DNA of 64,000 bases, from positions 1-64,000 of the forward strand of contig NIVC01002595.1 in assembly GCA_002269645.1 (NCBI GenBank). The letters are read 5' to 3'. Below are positions 21,660 through 41,061 of this stretch, piece by piece (the stretch's first letter is position 1; every line of letters starts with the position of its first letter). The notes under the pieces are model-generated. The model did no database searches and was not told the DNA's origin. It saw only the letters and a list, made by a program, of their open reading frames with translations. Both the position numbers and the translations under genes were made by a program. The stretch is from Macrostomum lignano. Taxonomy: Eukaryota.

Positions 21660-22405
21660 TCAGCTTGAGTCACAGATGCTGTCGGCTTGAGTCACAGGAT
21701 GCTGTCAGCTTGAGTCACAGGATTCTGTCGGCTTGAGTCACAGGATGCTGTCAGATTGAGTCACAGGATGCTGTCAGACTGAGTCACAGGATGCTGTCAG
21801 ACTGAGTCACAGGATACTGTCCGATTGAGTCACAGGATGCTGCCATATTGCGTCACAGGATGCTGGCATATTGCGTGACAGGATGCTGTCAGGTTGAGTC
21901 ACATGCTGTTGTCATATTAAGTCACATGATGCTGTCAGGTTGAGTCACAGGATGCTGTCAGGTTGAGTCACATGCTGTTGTCATATTGAGTCACATGATG
22001 CTGTCAGGTTGAGTCACAGGATGCTGTCAGGTTGAGTCACATGCTGTTGTCATATTGAGTCACAGGATGCTGTCAGGTTGAGTCACATGCTGTTGTCATA
22101 TTGAGTCACAGGATGCTGTCAGGTTGAGTCACATGCTGTTGTCATATTGAGTCACATGATGCTGTCAGGTTGAGTCACAGGATGCTGTCAGGTCGAGTCA
22201 CAGGATGCTGTCAGATTGAGTCACAGGATGCTGTCAGACTGAGTCACAGGATACTGTCAGATTGAGTCACAAGATGCTGTCAAGTTGCATCACATGATGC
22301 TGTCAGGTTGAATCACAGGATGCTGTCAGATTTAGTCACATATTGATGTCAGCACGAGTCACATGATCTTGGCTGCATGAGTCACATCTTGTCAGGTTGG
22401 GTCAC
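21660..22405. repeat. 23-bp minisatellite (GATGCTGTCAGATTGAGTCACAG) upstream of Dmrt
   Basis: Visible array; the same unit recurs in Dmrt intron 1. Confidence 0.94.
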
Positions 22406-22716
22406 ATTGTCGAATTTAGTCTTCATATTATCGAATCTTGGCGATCTCAGCGAAGTCCGTAGGTACAATCCATAATTTTCAGCTTTCAATCCAGTTTACG
22501 AAATCACGAGCTGTCACGACAGTCTAAGTTATAAATTTGGCTTAACCTACAAGTTGAAAAAATTTATTTGTTAATACCCTACTTACATAAGTAGTCAATA
22601 TCGAACAAAACTGTTTCCCGAGCCGGCAGGAGCGGCAAAGCGGCAAGCAGTAGCAGCCCCACCCCAGAGCACCCCACCCCGCCTTAACCGAAAATTCGCG
22701 AACCCCAGCCGCCCAG

Positions 22717-22826
22717 CCAATGAGTGGCAACCCGCCGCTAAGCGTTGGGTCTCGCCTCCATTGCAAATTGACTGACATGAGGGGTGGCCGGCTGGCTTGG
22801 AAACTCCAGCGCGCCCAGACTATAAA
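22717..22826 (+). promoter_or_regulatory. Putative Dmrt core promoter (CCAAT box + TATA box)
   Basis: CCAAT at 22717-22721 and TATAAA at 22821-22826, ~110 nt upstream of the ATG. Confidence 0.45.
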
Positions 22827-22936
22827 TTCACCGTTCTGGCGGCCTCCCATTGACAACAAGAGCCACTTCTCTCGGCTTGTACCACCTTGAGAAGGCATCG
22901 TGTTTGCAGAACCCTTTGGCAAGACAGACAGATAAA

Positions 22937-25900
22937 ATGTCCACCGAAGAGAACCCCGACTCGCCCACTGAGATGGACTCGGCCGAGACAGCTTCGGGCT
23001 ACGGCGGCGGCGGCGGCGGCTACGGCTCGCACCCGCTGTTCCTGCGCGCCTCGGACCGGTATCCAAGGACGCCGAAGTGCGCCAGGTGCCGCAATCACGG
23101 CGTAGTCTCGGCGTTGAAAGGTGAGAACAAATAGAAGTCGCATGATGCTGTCAGATTGAGTCACAGGATGGTGTCAGCTTGAGTCACAGAATGCTGTCAG
23201 ATTGAGTCACAGGATTCTGTCAGCTTGAGTCACAGAATGCTGTCAGATTGAGTCACAGGATTCTGTCAGGTTGAGTCACAGAATGCTGTCAGATTGAGTC
23301 ACAGGATGCTGTCAGATTGAGTCACAGGATTCTGTCAGGTTGAGTCACAGGATTCTGTCCGTTTGAGTCACAGGATGCTGTCAGATTGAGTCACAGGATG
23401 CTGTCCGCTTGAGTCACAGGATGCTGTCAGCTTGCATCACAGGATGTTGTCAGATTGAGTCACAGGATGTTGTCAGGTCGAGTCACAGGATGCTGTCAGA
23501 TTGAGTCACAGCTAGGATGTTGTCAGATTGAGTCACAGGATGTTGTCAGGTCGAGTCACAGGATGCTGTCAGCTTGAGTCACAGGATGCTGTCAGCTTGA
23601 GTCACAGGATGTTGTCAGATTGAGTCACAGGATGTTGTCAGGTCGAGTCACAGGATGTTTTCAGATTGAGTCACAGGATGCTGTCAGCTTGAGTCACAGG
23701 ATGCTGTCAGCTTGAGTCACAGGATAGCTTCTAAGGATCTTATATTCCACTCTGACCATAGCAACAGTCCATTAGTTGAACAGTCCATGTTAATCTGAAT
23801 TCTGTTTCGCCAGGTCACAAGCGCTACTGCCGCTGGAAAGACTGCATGTGCACCAAGTGCACCCTGATCTCCGAACGGCAGCGGGTCATGGCGGCTCAGG
23901 TGGCGCTGCGCCGCCAACAGGCCCAGGAGGAGCAGGAGGCCAGGGAGCTCGGGCTGCTGTATGGCCCTGGCGGCCTGCTGCAGATCAACACGGAGCATCC
24001 GCACCCGGACACTCAGCCAGTGCTTGAAGCCGGCGACACCGTGGCTAATAAGTCAGCCGGAAGCGGAAGCGGAGACGCTGGAAGAGGTGAGTTGATAGAG
24101 AGATGAAATCGAGGAAGCAAGAGCAGTCACGCCCACTCTGCTGATCCCTGAGCACGCACACACTGATACGTACGCAGGCTCACAGGGTGTACAGCGGTCC
24201 TGACTTTCCTATCGTCAGGCATGTACAGCAAGACAGCCCCCCCCCGCCGGCCAATTTTCGTGCTCAACCTCGAAATCAAAGCAGGGGTTGCGGCGCGAGA
24301 GTCAGAGATGCGTTTACCACTAAGCTGCAGTACAGACCCATGCATGGCATTTCATTTCCTTTCAGTTCGGTCACGAAGTCCTCATCCGCACGTTGAATTT
24401 TTATGTTCTAGATTAAATTAGCTAGCCCCCCCCCCGGTTATTGCCATAGAACTAATTTTAAACTGTTGTGCAACTGATCAGAGCCCGCCGCCTCAGCCAT
24501 TTATCAGAGCAAACAAAACAAATTTTCAAAACTTCTCCACTCGCATGGGAAATCTTTGGCTGCCTGCATGCTTGTTTGTCTCTTGACATGGTGCGGCGGT
24601 TTTTGTTGCTAAGCTAGGAGGGGGGTCACTATAGTTGTTCCAGTTCGAACTGATCAAACCAACACACAGACTACTTGGATTCTCAGATTTCAGTTTTTTT
24701 ACTAATGCTCAAATTGTATTTAATAAGCCATTTAAACTTGAAGTTACCTGGTCGGGGGCCTTCTAACCGCATTGCTTACGTATAGAGAGTAGAAGTGAAG
24801 GTTTAGCAAACACAGAGTGGCCAAAAACCTTTCTCTTATCCTAAGTTTGGTTGCCTTTGCCACTCTGTACAAATAAGCCAATAGGGGGATAGAGAACTGT
24901 CTTGCATTCTGCCACTGGCACTGTCCGTACCCCTGTAGCACTGTGCCCATTTTCGCTGATCAGAGACTAAATACTCTCGAGAATCTCTCTCTAAGCTAGC
25001 AGTTGCTCGACTTGGACAGACGACTTAGCAGCAATATTTGTATTGTTGGCCGGCTTGTCGGGGGTCCCCACCCTACCTATACAGTGGCTAACGCTCGAGG
25101 GCCCCAGCTTTCCACGACTGCAGAGGGAGGGGGGCTAAATAGTAAACCTGATACTGAGCAAACAGGGGCCGCAACACACCAGCTTTAGTGGCCAAGGGGG
25201 CTGGTTGGTTGCCTGCTCATTGGAGATGTTCAGGCCGATCCGCTGCGCATTGTCAAAAAGTCGCTTTTGTCGAAAGCGTTTCAACCGAAAACGACTGACT
25301 GGGGGGGGGGGGCTGTCTTAATAAATAAAGCTGGCGCGGCCTCCAGGTGGGTTTTCGGGTGCTCGGGGCGCGTGCTCGGGGGCCTTTTAAATATCGGTTT
25401 ATCGCCCAACCCCAGGAGAATTTGTGTAAGACTACACCACTGCAAATGTTGGTAGATGCCAAATTTCTCATTACTAATTTCTCTCCTCTCCTCTGCCTGT
25501 CTATCTTTATCTGTCTCATCTGTTCTTCTTACACTGGAAGCAGAAGACAGTTAGATGTTAAACCGTCTGCCCAGCTCTCAGTGACAATAAAGTTTTGGTA
25601 AAAAAAACGCATTTCTCTTAGACTACTCTACTTCTGTTTGTTTGCGCTGCGTGTCAGGCGCGATGAGAGCAAGCCATTCTCCCAATAGCTTCTTGTATTT
25701 CTTGTCGAATTCAGCTCCTAGAAGAAGCATCTCTGATTTCCTCTTTACTCTCACTTTCTGTCCGACAAAGCGTCACCTGCACTCCACCCAGCGACAGCAG
25801 CAGCATCCAAGCTCTGTCATCTAAGCCTTCATCATCAGCATTCCGGCATTCCGGTTTCGGCAATGCAGCACCTTCTTTAAAATGCACGGCGGCGCGCGTC

Positions 25901-28678
25901 CCTGCTGTTGACTGAGTTCTCTCTGCAGATACGTGTTAAAATCAGCATTGGCGCGAGAATTCCTGGAAAAAAAGGCTAGTTGGCAAAGTCTTCCAAGTGG
26001 CAAACCAGATGACGCAACGCTCCGCATACGGAGGCTGGACTGAGATTTGAGCAAGCAGCCGATTATCCCGCCAGGATTAGCCATCGCTTGGGGAGGTGGG
26101 AGCTCGGGTGTGAACCTCTTCATACTGCCGGTCAAGTTGACAGATTTTGAGCAGGATTTGGAGGACTGAGGCGAGAAGACGGCCAACTTATTGGGCAATT
26201 TGGTCAACTGCTTGGAACTGCATTGCGCCCTCTCACCCATGCCTTTATGGTTTTGCGCGAAAATTGCCTGTCGACAAAATTTGACGCTCGGAACTGAAGT
26301 AAATCTTCTTCGAGTTTGAGGTTGACTGACTGGAGGGGTATAGATAGCTTCTGGGATTGGGATTACAGAAATATGGGGATATGACGCCGACAAAAAAGGG
26401 GAAAATTATCCCCTATGAAGTGGATATCCCATGGAGGCAGCGCTCTTGAGAGTCAAGCATCGACAGCGGTTGACAGGGAGGGGGGGTTGGTGGAGCCACA
26501 CGGTACAAGAGACAGAAATAAGATTTTTGCCCACTCGATGGGCCAAATTGATGGGGCAAAAAAATCTGTCCATTTCGGCAGCGCAATGGGCTAAGAGGAA
26601 GTGGGGTCAGCTCTATGCTCAAAAACCATCCTCTAAAAAGGCTAAAAAGGCCCTTATATTGAACAGACAGACAGGGTGGTCTTGAGTTGTTAAGGCTGTA
26701 AGCAAGCAGTCGATAAACACACACATACACACACAGACACTTAAACTGCAAGGCCACTTCCGTTAGACCTCTCTATATTTGCCGAATCTGCTGTCTATCA
26801 GTCCAGAATCCACCGAGATTTCATCAATCTGTATAGGTATCTGGGGGGGGGGGGCGGTCCGGTGTAACCCGAATATTTGTTTCCTTTCTTTCAACTTGAA
26901 GCAGAAAACCGCTGCATTTGGAACTGGATGGGATGGCTATGGGAGTTCCCCAGCATCCTAACTTAATCTTCATCATCAAGCCGCTTAGCGAATGCCAGTC
27001 AGTTGGAATTTGGTAAAGAAATTATCAAGAAAGTTTTTTGCATTTTTAACTTGGGGGGAGGGGCAAACTGCATGGAGCTTCTGCTTGCTTTGTTTTTGTA
27101 GCGCAAAAGGGAGAAGAGGCGAAGGGAGAGAGAGAAATGATGAAGCGAGCTGCAGGTGGGAGGGGAGTCTGGGAGCTACAGCCGAAGGGCGGTGTCTTTA
27201 AGTGTGTCTTGATTCAGCATGCTTCAAGAGCTGGCATTCAGTTCGGACACTTATGGCCGCTGCCTCCCCCTCCTCCGGGCTAAGAAGTGGCTATGAAGTG
27301 TCAAGTGCGAGCCGCTGCTGCAGCCTCCCCGCTGCTTCATCAAAGATTTTTAGCCCGCATATAACCCTTACCTCATTCCCATCCTCTCTCCATGGGGAAA
27401 ATCCGCCACTCCAATCTTCTGTTTTGGATTTTGGGACCCGGCCATGGGAGCCAGTGAATTATCGCATTGCTGCGGCTGAAGGCAAACAACCGCGCCTCTC
27501 TCTCCTCCGCTGCGGTTGTGAAACAATATACAGCAATGCCTCATCAACGATTGCCTCTCTTTTTTAATTTGCACACAAGTCGGAATCCCCACTGACATGC
27601 CTATGAAGTTGCACAGAGCGTTCAGGGGTCGGGTTGCAGCAATCAAATATTCTATTGTTCAATCGCTTTCAACTGTTCAGGCAGCGAGGCTGCGTGCCAG
27701 CACCGGCACCCGGCCAAGCGAGCCCGGTCTTCCGCCTCTGCAGCCGACTCCGACGAAGTTCCAGCAGTTGTCGACGATGCTGACGACGACAATGCCGCCG
27801 ACAAAGACGATGAGGACGGCGAGAACAATGAAGCAGGTCACGTGACAGCTGCTGCTGCGGCTGCAGCGGCGGCGGCGGCTGCTGCTCAGGGCCTCGGCAT
27901 GCTCAGCCGCGTGTTCCCGACGGTGAAGCTCGACACTCTGCAGTCGGTGCTCGCCGCCACCGATGGCGATGTTGTCAAAGCGATCGAACGAGTCCTTAGC
28001 AACCCGAGCATACCGATCAAAGAGGCCGCCCAGCAGGCCAGGGAGATGGCCGGCGGCGGAGGCGAAGGTCGACGGTCAGCATCGAAGAAGGGCGGCAGCG
28101 GCGGCGGGGGCGGCGGCCGCATGAAGGACCGCCCTGGCCAAGTCGGCGTCAGCAGCGGCAGCGGCGGCGGCGGCTTCGGGCCGATGCTGGGCAGCCCGGG
28201 CGCGCTGTTCCGGCCCTACCTGACCGAGTCGGGCGGCCTCCCGCCAGTCAGCCTGGCAGCGGCCGGGCAGCCCGGCGGCTTCCCGCCGGCCCTGTTCGGC
28301 GCCGATCCACTGTTCTCCGCAACTGGGCCGGCGTCCGGCCCTGCGCGCAGCCTGCCGCTGCCGTTCCCCTACCATCCCGTGTTCTCGCAGTTCCTCGGCC
28401 AGCAGCCAATCTGCTCTGGCGCCGCCGCTGGTTTGGCGCCGCCGCCGCCGCCTTACTCGGCCGCCGGCCTGTTCGCGCCTGCTGCCGCCGCCGCCGCCGC
28501 CGCTGCTGCTGCTGCAGCCGCCGCCGCCGCCTCCTCCTCTTCGAATGGCGGCCTGCCGAGGCCGCACCCGCTGCAGCCGCCGCCGCCGCCGCTGCCGGCG
28601 CACCTTCATCAGCCGCCGATGCCGCCTCTGTCGCAGATGTCGCTACCGCCGGCCAGCTCGATTTCGTCGACAGATTAA
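22937..28678 (+). CDS. dmrta2: Doublesex/mab-3 related transcription factor, DMRTA/Dmrt99B type (DM + DMA domains), 484 aa
   Basis: Exons 22937-23120, 23814-24086, 27681-28678 (both introns phase 1, GT-AG). DM domain [58 protein letters not shown] followed by [12 protein letters not shown] domain [32 protein letters not shown]. The exact orthologue (DMRTA1/A2/99B) is inferred. Confidence 0.93.
23142..23725. repeat. 23-bp minisatellite in Dmrt intron 1 (same family as 21660-22405)
   Basis: Visible array starting ~22 nt after the exon 1 donor. Confidence 0.95.
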
Positions 28679-29644
28679 ACAGCAGAGATGATTCCCAGGC
28701 CCCGAACGAGTTGCGTCTCGTGAATCAGAAGGAACAAAGTTTTCAAACACAGTGATTTGACCCAACTTCCCAAACTACGCAATCTTATTTGTCCTATAAC
28801 ATGATGCAGTCATCGATTAACCGTTGTCGCATGCTTCGCACTCTTTGTTTGACTTCAATTATTCTCTAAGCGTCTGTCAGCCTGTCTGTTGGTCCGTCAG
28901 CGACCGTGTTCAACTCACTCAGCTGCATAGAACAGTGCGCACTGATATTCAATGTGTAGTTTTTTAGTTAGTCAAAATCAATGCGCTGTTCTTGTTAACC
29001 TAATCTGGCTAAATATTTATAACTATAGCTTATACTTGCGTGAATGTAAATTAGTCTATCTGTTTATCTACAAATATTAAACGATGTATAACTATTGAAT
29101 ATATTTATTTAATGTGTAAGCTTTACGGAAACCTAAACAAAAGTACTTATTGCTTGGGTATTTTTTTCAACCGAAAACGAATCAATCAGGTGTGGCAAAC
29201 AGGTCATTCGCAGTTGCTGAGCAATTAAAACTGGGGAACGAATCTGCGACCTCAAATAAAAACCAAAGATGCGTGGGTCCGATGCTCAACTGCACTTGAA
29301 TTTTGAGATATTGGACCGAGCCAGCAATTATTACAGTCCAATGATTGATTTATGAGCTTGCCCACATTGCAATTCTGTATTCACTGCAAGCCTGGCTGCT
29401 TTCCCGTATACTCGATTCGACTTTTATGAGTCTTGCTTGGCGCCAGAGAGGATTTCCAATCAAGCTGTCAGAAAGGCGCAAAATTATTTCTCGCAGACTG
29501 CTGGCTCGACGGTCGATCCATCGGCTACTCAAGCGGCGCTTTTTAATTGCATTTTTGCTCTACAATTGCTGCGGAGAGAACTGGTTACTCAACAAACCGA
29601 AGGGATTTTCTGTTGAGGTGCAGGCCTCGATGGTGTGAGGTCTC

Positions 29645-30508
29645 GATTAGGGGAATTATCTATGGAGTTAGTTCTCGATTAGGGGTATTATCTATAAAAT
29701 TAGTTCTCGGTTAGGGGCATTATCTATGGAGTTAAGTCCCGATTAGGGATATTATCTATAGAGTTATGTTTTGATTAGGGGTAAATTCTATCGAGTTAGT
29801 TCTCGATTAAGGGTATTATCTATAGAGATAGTTCTTGATTAAGGGTATTATCTATGGAGTTAGTTCTTGATTAAGGGTATTGTATATGGAGATATGTCTT
29901 GATTAAGGGTGTTATATATGGAGTTAGGACTTGATTAAGGGTATTATCTATGGATTTGGGGTCTTGATTAGGGGTATTATCTATGGATTTGGGTCTTGAT
30001 TGGGGTATTATCTATGGAGTTAGGTCTTGATTGGGGGTATTATCTATCGATTTGGGTCTTGATTGGGGGTATTATCTATGGAGTTAGGTCTTGATTGGGG
30101 GTATTATCTATGGAGTTAGGTATTGATTGGGGGTATTATCTATGGAGTTAGGTATTGATTGGGGGTATTATCTATGGAGTTATATCTTGATTGGGGGTAT
30201 TATCTATGGACGTGGAGTTAGGTCTTGATTGGCGGTATTATCTATGGAGTTAGGTCTTGATTGGGGGTATTATCTATGGAGTTAGGTATTGATTGGGGGT
30301 ATTATCTATGGAGTTAGGTATTGATTGGGGTATTATCTATGGAGTTATATCTTGATTGGGGGTATTATCTATGGACGTGGAGTTAGGTCTTGATTGGCGG
30401 TATTATCTATGGAGTTAGGTCTTGATTGGGGGTATTATCTATGGAGTTAGGTCTTGATTGGGGGTATTATCTATGGAGTTAGGTCTTGATTGGGGATATT
30501 ATCTATAG
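29645..30508. repeat. ~33-bp minisatellite (GGGTATTATCTATGGAGTTAGGTCTTGATTGG)
   Basis: Visible array, degenerate at the left end. Confidence 0.94.
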
Positions 30509-31281
30509 GCTGAAGCCGCGACTGTAACCGAGCTCTCTCCAACCGAAAAGCACAATTTATTCTGCACAGTTTCTGCTCTTGAACAATACAAAAGCATACA
30601 ATATTCTGGCAAAAAGGTGGCAAGAAACTGATACAGTTTTTTGTGCTTCTAAATTCAAGCCTGCCTCGGCCTGTGGAACAGAACAGCCAAACATCGGAAG
30701 CATTCAAAACTGAGACTCGTGACTGACAGCAACCTGCTGAATATAAACTTTGTTACTCGGATGTGAAGTCTCTGTTGCTGAACAAAGACTCTTTTAGAAA
30801 ATTTCTAAAATAAGAATAATTGGCCTGGCCCAGATTGAATTGGCAATTGTTCTGCAACTTTGTAGTTTTGTGCAAGCGATACCGCGGGCCGCTAGGGGGG
30901 TCACCCGCCCAACTCATCCATCAGTTGTCTGGGCTCTGGCTGCTCCCCGTTGTCAGTCAAAAGCTCTGCATGGATGCGGGGAGGGTGAAAGCAGAGTCAG
31001 AGACCAAGGCAGCGAGTAAGCCTACCGCACAGTCTGTTTGTTGTGAGAGAGCGGCGCTGGCAACAAGGTCAGAATGCTAACTGCTTTATAAGTTAAAGAG
31101 TCCAGTTAGCTGTGTGGCAGCTCTGCTAGCATGTTTTCTCGTACGTAGGCCAGAGCATTGGAAACTAGGCAAATGCAGTTGCTCAATTGGCCCTTGGCCC
31201 AGCCATGGAGCACTATGGCTCCTCGAGTGTGTCGGGACTGTAAGGGGAAACTTATTCGACGCTTAGTTTATTTGAATCTAT

Positions 31282-33427
<2,146 letters not shown>

Positions 33428-34167
33428 CACCCAAATGAATGCGGCTGCACACGGAATCGAACCAGGGGTCGTGTTGGGCTTCCACGACTCAGCGGCGACA
33501 AAACAGGATATTCACACACGGTCATCTTTTGCATGCTCATCTTGCAGCATCCCCTAATTTAGCTTCTTGCTTGCCAACAGGACCTACAGACGGCTCCTTC
33601 GGCCTCAAATACTGCAAACATGTATACATACACAGCTGCTCAATATTGGCCAGCAGCCCCCGCATGTGTGTCATCTTGTTGCCTCACCATCTCTCTATAT
33701 ACATATTTAACAATTGAACTGACATGCTGGCGTTACTTCAATAATCTTTACACTCGTCTCTCTAACTGGCCCACATGTGGGTGGATGGATAGGTGGGTGG
33801 CAGAGAAAAGGCTTAAACCCGCGCCAGTTTGACAATCGGCGCCAAGGAGTCTGGCCGTCCGACACCCGCGGCCGCACCAGACAGTGTAAAATGTTTTTCT
33901 TTAAAGGACTTGAAAAACATATCTATATGTATTATTTGGATATTTTTTCGAGTAGGCAAACACCGACTTTCATGTGGAACACACACGGTGCTGCCGGGGC
34001 GCTGGTACAAGTTGCACATGTGTAAGCGGGGGGGGGGGCACCGCGCCTCCAAGTGCAGGACACACAGGGAGTCACTACCGGATTAAAGTGACATGCGCGC
34101 CAATGCATCTCAATTGAAACTTCTCGGATCAACTGATGTCATTTTTGCATAGATTACTGTAAGGCGG

Positions 34168-34390
34168 GAAGCTGGAAGCTTCATCTGCAGAATGATAAAT
34201 CTGGGAAGCTGGAAGAGTAGCTTCATCTGCAGGATATTCAATCTGGGAAGCTGCAAGAGTAGCTTCATCTGCAGGATATTCAATATGGGAAGCTGGAAGA
34301 GTAGCTTCATCTGCAGGATATTCAATATGGGAAGCTGGAAGAGTAGCTTCATCTGCAGGATATTCAATCTGGGAAGCTGGAAGAGTAGCT
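34168..34390. repeat. 42-bp minisatellite, ~5 copies
   Basis: Unit CTGGGAAGCTGGAAGAGTAGCTTCATCTGCAGGATATTCAAT. Confidence 0.92.
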
Positions 34391-35204
34391 GCAGCACCAA
34401 AATCCCAAACTGGGAGGCTGAGGGAATTACTAATTCATTTAAAATTGTGCCTGATTCGAAAAAACATTTGTCATTAATATACACAATAGCACAGCCACTT
34501 AGGGGACTTATTCATTAAGCTGTTTTTAATCTCTAATAATAAAAAACTCCAAGTCCTAATTTATTCAATACTGTTTGCTCAGCTCAGCCAATAATACCCG
34601 GACTTTGTCCCAGTTAGAACTATAACGACCGGGACATTAATTTTTGGAAATTGTCTCCCTCTGATAACATGAGAGGGCACCTACGGAAAAACTAAGGCAA
34701 CTTCTGCCACAATTGAAATGTTTACCCAACAACCAGTTGACTAAATCTCATTTACTTAAATATGCTAAACTATATACTCGTAAATTGGGATTTGAAGTTG
34801 AAAATCGATTGGTTGGAGAATGCTGAACAAACTGAAGGCCAAGATCCAGGGAAATTTTTTTCTGACAAACCCAGCGACTCCGTTCGACTCTTTGATGTCA
34901 GGCAAGCGATTAAAGCAATAAAATTGCTTGCATTTGATTAAACAAACGCACTGCGGGAGCTTTTAAGGCAATCATATCAGCTAATGAGTTACTCGAGGGG
35001 GGGGGGGGAGCTGCGATCGGCAGTCAGCTCAAACTATGCGATATGTGTCCGATAGCAGTGCAGCTGTATACTACTTTTACCGAGTGCTCGCAAATGAGTA
35101 GCACCAATGCAAAATTTTGTCTATATTGTCTTTTAAACGAAAATTTGCACTAAATATACATGTACATGTAGGAGCCGTCGTAGAGGTTCTAATGATTCAT
35201 CGTA

Positions 35205-35250
35205 CCTATCTATCAGTCAATCTATCCAGCTATCTATCTATCTATCTATG

Positions 35251-35304
<54 letters not shown>

Positions 35305-35401
35305 CATCCATTTATTAATCTATCTATCTATCTACCTATCTACTTATCAATCAATCTCTGTCTGTCTATCTATCTATCTATCTATCCATCTATTTATCTA
35401 C

Positions 35402-35434
<33 letters not shown>

Positions 35435-36024
35435 CATCTATTTATCTACCTATCTATCTACCTATCTACTTATCAATCAATCTATCTGTCTATCTATCTA
35501 TCTATCTATCCATCTATCTATTAATCTATCTATCTATCTATCTATCCATCTATCCATCTATCTATTAATAATATCTATCTACCTATCTATCTGTCTATCT
35601 ATCTATCCATCTATCTATTAATCTATCTATCTATCTATCTACTATCTATCCATCTATCTATTAATAATATCTATCTACCTATCTATCTGTCTATCTATCT
35701 ATCCATCTATCTATTAATAATATCTATCTATCTATCTACCATCTATCCATCTATCTATTAATCTATCTATCTATCTATTAATCTATCTATCTATCTATCT
35801 ATCTATCCATCTATCTATTAATCTATCTATCTATCTATCTACCTATCTATCCATCTATCTATTAATCTATCTATCTATCTACCTATCTATCCATCTATCT
35901 ATTAATCTATCTATCTATCTATCTACCTATCTATCCATCTATCTATTAATCTATCTATCTATCTACCTATCTATCCATTTATCTATTAATCTATCTATCT
36001 ATCTATATATCTACCTATCTATCC

Positions 36025-36057
<33 letters not shown>

Positions 36058-36085
36058 CCTATCTATCCATCTATCTATTAATCTA
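35205..36085. repeat. (CTAT)n microsatellite
   Basis: Directly visible. Confidence 0.96.
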
Positions 36086-37149
36086 TACAACGTAGCCATC
36101 TATCTAATATATTAAACATAATAAAAATGATCCTCAATTAAAATACCTACATGTAGTTACTAAATGGTTAAATAAATTTATCAGCGATAGTAATGCTCTG
36201 CTGACAAATTAACTCCCAGCTGTCCTACAAGCCGAAATGTTTGGCACCTCTTGACTGCCTACAGCTACTCGTAGTCAGGTTTGCCCAGCGGCCATCCCAA
36301 TATTAATTCGAGAAGCCAACAAACGCGAAAAAGCTGCAGATTTCTCCGCCTCGAACACTCGGGTTAAAATCTGCTTAAATAAACAGACAAATTTAGCAAA
36401 GCCGAATTCCCACAGCAGCAGTTAGAAGTTTGCAAAAGTCAACGCGCCAAGTTCTATTAAAATTTGATATCGTATGCCTCTCCGGTGTTGACAGAACAAA
36501 CTCACTTACCGATCACGTGTTTAGCCTAGTGACCCAAAGCAAAGCAAAACTTGTATTGCTGTTCAAATTTGTTAATTGCATTGTTATTGCTGCTTGGAAA
36601 CTGACCATCTACAAGCTGCCAAAAAACCAAAATTAATTACATCGTATATTTCAAATTTGCGAATTGGCTACTAACAGTAGAAATAACGTAATTATAACGA
36701 TACATATAAGTAAAATTATTGAATAAAAAGCAATCAATTAGGAATGTATTTAAAGCACCGCGTTTCGCAGCTCATAAACCTTCGATAAGAGCGGAGAATA
36801 AACACTAATTATTAGCAAGATTTTAAATGCGCTTAGCCTATACCAGTGTCATTAAATCATTAGGAAGCCTGACAAACACAACTCACGCACATGGCTCAAT
36901 AACAAAGAGAAAATATAATACAAGTTCATATATTGACAGTAAAAGCTTGCAAAGTCTCCCCGAAATTTTTATCATTATTGTAATGCGCGTGTTTTTTTTG
37001 AAAACAGACTTTTTTGCGACTCTTTACGATTCCGCAACTCACGTGATGCGCTCGCGACTCAAAAGTCGCCTCTACGTCGCATTTCAGTCGTTTAGGTCGA
37101 TAATAATGGCCAGATGTGCAACCGACAGCTCAGCCGCAGCTATTGCGCG

Positions 37150-37382
37150 GCGCATCTGAAGGCTGCGTACGGCTGTTCAGTCCAAGGACTGGGGGGTCGC
37201 CGCACACCCTCAATTACCCCAGCTAATGCTGGCACCCATTTTACAGCTGGGTGAACTGAAGCAATGCAGAGTTAAGTGTGTTGCTCAAGGACAAAAATTG
37301 TTCCAATTGGGATTGGGAATCGAACCCCCGACCTTCAACTAGGCTACAACCCAAAACGACAAGCATTAACGACATTGAGCCG
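37150..37382 (-). mobile_element. tRNA-headed CORE-type (MIR-like) SINE
   Basis: The + strand shows CCCATTTTACAGCTGGGTGAACTGAAGC..GAGTTAAGTGTGTTGCTCAAGGACA..GGGAATCGAACC, matching the reverse complement of the MIR/CORE layout. The - strand has an A-box-like GGCTCAATGTCGTTAA and B-box GGTTCGATTCCC. The 3' boundary is approximate. Confidence 0.62.
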
Positions 37383-37526
37383 TTAAAAAGTCACAAGAGT
37401 CGCTAGAGTCACTAGTGAGTCGTTAGCAATGACTCTTTAGCGATTCTGGTCACGGTAACGTTCGCGGTCACGGAACAGCTCGGCAACAACTCTACGGGGG
37501 ATTTGGATCCCTAAACCTTCTCTCTT

Positions 37527-40930
<3,404 letters not shown>

Positions 40931-41061
40931 TGGGGGGCCGCGAAGAGCAGGGGCTTCTCTCTAGCTAATCTACTCTCAGGCAAGTACGCCTGCGGGTTGT
41001 TGCGACAGTAAATGATCATGAAAGTGAAGGTGTTAGCGATTGGGATCTGCGTTAGCTAGAG

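Noticed and set aside
25821-26393. 190-aa - strand ORF in Dmrt intron 2
   Set aside because: It starts at TTG, has no recognisable domain and lacks the GC3 bias of the real exons.
33438-33500. Possible tRNA gene on the - strand (GGTTCGATTCC B-box)
   Set aside because: No pairing acceptor stem, D-arm or anticodon arm could be built; at most a degenerate SINE fragment.
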